IMG/VR virus record: IMGVR_UViG_3300044500_000142
Location: 1-48,686 of that record
DNA: 48,686 bases
DNA from: a virus
Lineage: Duplodnaviria; Caudoviricetes
Direction: 5' to 3' (one strand)
A model generated the notes under the pieces. That model ran no database searches, was not told where the DNA came from, and saw nothing but the letters and a program-made list of their open reading frames with translations. Of the stretch, positions 45,000 to 48,686 are shown piece after piece (within the stretch, counting starts at the first letter, position 1; each line of letters starts with the position of its first letter). The translations under genes were made by a program, and so were the position numbers.

Positions 45000-47900
45000 G
45001 TGCCCCCCGACACGCAGGACGATTCGCTCGTCCTCACCGCCTTCAGCCGCGAGCAGGAGCGGCGCCGCGCGGCGGGCCTCCCGGCGACCACGTACGGGCA
45101 GTTCCTCGACTCCACGGCGCGCCGCCTCGAGGACGGCGGGGACACGCAGCGCGCGCGGCACCTGCGCGACCTCCTGACCGGCCAGCAGGCGGCCGGAGAG
45201 TCGTTCGGGCAGGTCGTCGAGCGTGCAGCCGCCGCGGCGCCCGACGAGCGCGAGGCGGCCTCCCTGCGGGGCGTACGGGCCCGCGAGCAGGCGCGCGTCC
45301 TCCCCCAGACCGAGGCGACCGCAGCGTCGGCGACCGCGGCCGCGACCCCGGGCCCGGCGCTGAAGGCGGCCGAGTCCACGATCCTCGGCGCCGAGGCGTT
45401 CGCCGACACGGCCAGCGCGGGCCTGTCGCGCCGGCTCGAGTCGTCGCTTCAGGGCCCCGGCACGGACCTCTTCGGGCTTCAGGCCGAGCAGCTCGGTGGC
45501 CGAAAGGGTGCCGACGTGATGGAGGCCGGCCGCGGCGCGCTCCGCGAGGACACCGGGGCGGCGGGCTTCGTCGCGGAGAAGGCGGGAGAGGCACTCGGCT
45601 TCCTCGTGCCTGCCGGCGCGGTCGGCAAGGCGGGGAAGGCGTTGCAGGTCACCGCCAAGTCACGGCCGATCGTGAACCTCCTCGGACGCGCGATGACGTC
45701 GAAGATCCTCTCGTTCCCGATCGCCGGAGCGGCGCTGCGAGGCGCGCGCTCGGGGCAGGAGGCGGCGTTCGGGGACACCGGCGACGCCATGACGACGCTG
45801 CGGTCGATTCCGGCCGGCGCAGCGCAGGACACCCTCGTCGGGCTCGCGTCGGTCCCCTTCCGGTTCCTCGGGGCTGCCGTCGAGCGCGGCGTGATGAAGG
45901 GATTGATGCCGTCGCCCCGACTCGCCTCGGCGTTCGGCAAGACGATCGCCGAGATGCCGGCGCGCGACATCCCCGCGGCGATCGCTGCGAAGGCGCTCGG
46001 CGGCGCGGTCGAGTTCGCGCCGTTCTCGTACGTGCCGAACCTCGTGGACCCCCACGATCCGACCCAGCTCTCCCCCGACGCGCAGGTCTTCTTCAACCCG
46101 AGCCGGTGGGGCTCGGACGCGTGGAAGGTCGCCGGCGCGAACATCTACGCCGAGACGCTGCGCCACGCGGCCGAGGAGGGCCTGAAGGGCGCGGCCGTCG
46201 GCGCGCTCGTCGGGACGCTCGGCGGGCACCCGCTGTCGCGGCCCGGCGGCGACGCGGCCGAGGCGAAACTGCGGAACCTGACCACGGACGAGTGGCGGTC
46301 GATCCATGGGGATCTCGTCGAGCAGATCGGGAAGATGGCCGACAATCCCGAGGCCGCCGAGCCGCTGCTGAAGTTTCTCGCCGAGTCGCAGCGGTTGAAG
46401 GAATCGGTCGCGAAGCTGCGCGGCGACGTGCCGGCGGACCTCGCGGACTTCCGTCGGCGCGTCGGCGATTGGGTTCGCACGCAGGGCGTCGCCGACGGCT
46501 CGATCAAGGAACCGGCCGGATCCGGCGAGGCCCCCAACGTGCCGCCGGCGTCCGAGGGCGGCCCCGGCAGCGCCGAGGAGGCCGCGCAGGCGGAGCGGGA
46601 GAAGCAGGCGGGTTTAGGAAACGGGCCCGGCCTAAACCAGCCGGTCGAGCCTGTCGCGCCCCCCGTCGTTCCGGTGGAACCGCAGGCGGGCACCGAGCCT
46701 GCGCCCGTCGCCCCTCCCGCGCCGGAGGGCGCGAAGCCTCCCGCGCCGGGTTTGGGGAAGGGCCCGGAGCAAATCGCTCCGCCGACCCCGGCCGAGATCC
46801 AGAAGAAGCGCTCGCGCCGGCTCCTCGAGAAGGCGAAGGAGGAGCGGCGGAAGGCAAACACGGACGCGCTGACGGGCCTCTCGAACCGCGCGGCCTTCGA
46901 CACCGCGATCGCACGCGAGGTCCCCAAGGGGGCCGAGGTCGCGCTCCTCGACGTGCGCGGGCTGAAGGGCGTGAACGACGCGCTGGGGCAGGAGGCGGGC
47001 GACAAGCTCATCCGCCAGGCCGCCGCGATCGTCGAGGCGTCGTCGGCCGGCATGGGCAACCCCGCGGGCCGCCGCGGTGCCTTCCGCATCGGCGGCGACG
47101 AGTTCGCGATCATCGCTCCGAAGGAGGTCCTCGATCGCGTCGAGGCGCTCGTCGGCAAGGGCACGCCCGTCTCCGGGACGATGACGCGCGGCGCCAAGGT
47201 AGAGCAGCACGCCGTCGCGTTTCACTTCGGGCGCGGCAAGGACTACACGTCGGCCTCCGAGGCGCTCGCGGCGTCGAAGCAGCGGAACAAGAAGGGAGCG
47301 TCCGGTGGAGGAGAGCGTGCACCCGAGAAGCCCGCGGGGGCACGGACGGAAGAAGCGCCGAAGGGAGGAGCGCCGCCTGGCGGAGTGGCTCCGACGACTC
47401 CGAAGGGGCCCGCCGTTCCTGAACCTGACGCCAAGCACGAGCCGCTGAAGCCCCACGCGGAGGGCAATGAGGTCTCCATCCCGGTCCCCGGCGCCGAGCC
47501 CGTGAAGGCGCGCTACGCGATCGTCGATCGATCCGAGCTCCTCCCGTCGCACGACGCGACGAAGGGCTTCCTGCCCAACGATCGGTACCCGACCGCGAAC
47601 CGGCTGCAAGAGCGGCGGTACGACACCGACGCGCTCGAGCAGGGGAAGGTCGAGGACATCGCGCGCAACCTCAATCCCGAGGAGCTCCTCAACACGAGCC
47701 CGCGGGCGACCGAGGGCCCGCCGACGATCACGCGCGCCGGCGGCGTCGTGGTGAACGGCAACGGGCGGTCGATGGCGCTTCAGTCGGCCTCGCCCGAGGT
47801 CCTCGCGCGCTACCGCGAGGCGCTCGCCGCGCGCGCGCAGCACTTCGGGATCTCGGCCGAGGCGCTCAAGGGCGCGAAGGACCCGGTGCTCGTCCGCATC

Positions 47901-48686
47901 GTGGACATGGACCCGACGTCGAAGGCGGCGGCGGAGTTCGGCCGGCGCGGGAACGTGACCGCGACGCAGTCGCTCGGCCCGCTCGACCGCGCGGCCCGCG
48001 TCTCCGACCTCGTGCCTGACGACGTGATGAACGCGCTGACGAACGATCGCGACGTGACCTTCAGCGAGGCCGTGATCGACGTGTCCCGCGGCCGCGCGTT
48101 CCGCAAGGCGCTCGAGGAGGCGCTCCCGACCACCGAGCGCGCCGAGTTCTTCAAGGACAGCGGGGAGCTCACCGACGCCGGCAAGGAGCTCGCGCGCAAC
48201 GTCCTGCTGACGAAGAGCATCGGGCCCGACGCCGCGCGCGAGATCCCGCCGCACCTGCGCCGAACGCTCTCCGAGTCGGCTGTCCAGCTCGCCCAGCTTC
48301 GCCGGGATCCGCACAACGCGCCGGTGTACGACGCCTTCATCGACGCCGTCGCGCACTACCGCGAGACGCTGCGCGGGGGCGAGATCAGCCCGGAGGACGC
48401 GTTCGACCAGCCGTCGCTCATCACGCCGGCGCCGATCTCCGAGGCCGGCCGCACGCTCCTCGACTTCCTCTACGCCACGCGGGAGTCGCCCAAGAAGATG
48501 CGCGACGGCCTGCGGCGGCTCCTCGAGCTCCGCGCGCAGGAGGGCGGGATGCTCGGCGACGAGCCGGCGGCCGCCACCGCGCGCCGCGCGCTCGTGAAGC
48601 CCGGGAAGGGCGGCGAGATCGTCGCGACGCCGTCGGAGCTGACCGGCGTCGATCGCACCGACGGCGAGGGGCTGACGGCACTCACC
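45000..48686 (+). CDS. N-terminal part of a giant ~2,440-aa polyvalent putative ejection protein with GGDEF and DdrB/ParB-like domains; continues across the junction to 3763
   Basis: GTG at 45000, 3 nt after the upstream stop, reads MPPDTQDDSLVLTAFSRE. No in-frame stop was found in the stretches translated by hand, and the ORF track shows none. The frame matches ORF 35..3763 (48594 corresponds to 35). TDALTGLSNRAAF is at 46860 and FRIGGDEFAII has GGDEF at 47091-47105. LLPSHD...LQERRYD...GPPTI...VVNGNGRSMAL...DPVLVR spans ~47480-47900. Confidence 0.9.
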   Translation, partial: MPPDTQDDSLVLTAFSREQERRRAAGLPATTYGQFLDSTARRLEDGGDTQRARHLRDLLTGQQAAGESFGQVVERAAAAAPDEREAASLRGVRAREQARVLPQTEATAASATAAATPGPALKAAESTILGAEAFADTASAGLSRRLESSLQGPGTDLFGLQAEQLGGRKGADVMEAGRGALREDTGAAGFVAEKAGEALGFLVPAGAVGKAGKALQVTAKSRPIVNLLGRAMTSKILSFPIAGAALRGARSGQEAAFGDTGDAMTTLRSIPAGAAQDTLVGLASVPFRFLGAAVERGVMKGLMPSPRLASAFGKTIAEMPARDIPAAIAAKALGGAVEFAPFSYVPNLVDPHDPTQLSPDAQVFFNPSRWGSDAWKVAGANIYAETLRHAAEEGLKGAAVGALVGTLGGHPLSRPGGDAAEAKLRNLTTDEWRSIHGDLVEQIGKMADNPEAAEPLLKFLAESQRLKESVAKLRGDVPADLADFRRRVGDWVRTQGVADGSIKEPAGSGEAPNVPPASEGGPGSAEEAAQAEREKQAGLGNGPGLNQPVEPVAPPVVPVEPQAGTEPAPVAPPAPEGAKPPAPGLGKGPEQIAPPTPAEIQKKRSRRLLEKAKEERRKANTDALTGLSNRAAFDTAIAREVPKGAEVALLDVRGLKGVNDALGQEAGDKLIRQAAAIVEASSAGMGNPAGRRGAFRIGGDEFAIIAPKEVLDRVEALVGKGTPVSGTMTRGAKVEQHAVAFHFGRGKDYTSASEALAASKQRNKKGASGGGERAPEKPAGARTEEAPKGGAPPGGVAPTTPKGPAVPEPDAKHEPLKPHAEGNEVSIPVPGAEPVKARYAIVDRSELLPSHDATKGFLPNDRYPTANRLQERRYDTDALEQGKVEDIARNLNPEELLNTSPRATEGPPTITRAGGVVVNGNGRSMALQSASPEVLARYREALAARAQHFGISAEALKGAKDPVLVRIVDMDPTSKAAAEFGRRGNVTATQSLGPLDRAARVSDLVPDDVMNALTNDRDVTFSEAVIDVSRGRAFRKALEEALPTTERAEFFKDSGELTDAGKELARNVLLTKSIGPDAAREIPPHLRRTLSESAVQLAQLRRDPHNAPVYDAFIDAVAHYRETLRGGEISPEDAFDQPSLITPAPISEAGRTLLDFLYATRESPKKMRDGLRRLLELRAQEGGMLGDEPAAATARRALVKPGKGGEIVATPSELTGVDRTDGEGLTALT
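48560..48686 (+). repeat. 127-bp exact repeat of positions 1-127 (circularisation overlap)
   Basis: CGAGCCGGCGGCCGCC...GGCACTCACC is identical at both ends and lies inside one continuous reading frame. Confidence 0.97.

Larger units (their letters stand above)
1..48686. mobile_element. Complete circular bacteriophage genome (48,559 bp non-redundant), probably podovirus-like and possibly temperate
   Basis: Exact 127-bp terminal overlap. Terminase, portal, scaffold, capsid and tail genes are in order, there is no tape-measure or sheath gene, and there are three ejection-type genes and a tyrosine recombinase. No host housekeeping genes are present. Confidence 0.93.

Noticed and set aside
44876-47422. 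848-aa + strand ORF in the track
   Set aside because: Wrong frame, low-complexity Arg/Gly translation; the real gene is the frame starting at 45000.

Overview
The window is a complete, circularly assembled, very GC-rich bacteriophage genome of 48,559 bp. Bases 48560-48686 repeat bases 1-127 exactly. Gene content fits a short-tailed (podovirus-like) phage. The leftward block holds recombination, accessory and modification genes: RecE-like exonuclease, annealing-protein candidate, SbcC/Rad50-like ATPase, RusA, tyrosine recombinase, DUF3560, PAPS-reductase-like protein, N4/N6 DNA methyltransferase, DUF5131, ASCH and YegP. A divergent promoter pair leads into a replication-initiator-like gene. 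The rightward late block holds terminase, portal, scaffold, DUF5309-type major capsid, tail proteins, tail fibre, three putative ejection proteins and membrane/lysis candidates. Main result: the ORF track splits and half-misses a ~2,440-aa polyvalent protein that crosses the contig junction (45000->48686/1->3763). It contains an apparently intact GGDEF diguanylate-cyclase domain lacking the RxxD inhibitory site, a DdrB/ParB-like domain, an HExxH zinc peptidase and an LPD38-like region, and it sits where podoviruses encode proteins injected with the DNA. Second result: four head proteins carry hydrophobic signal-peptide-like leaders, and a membrane M48-like protease gene lies inside the terminase module. 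All family calls come from motifs read by eye; no database search was run.
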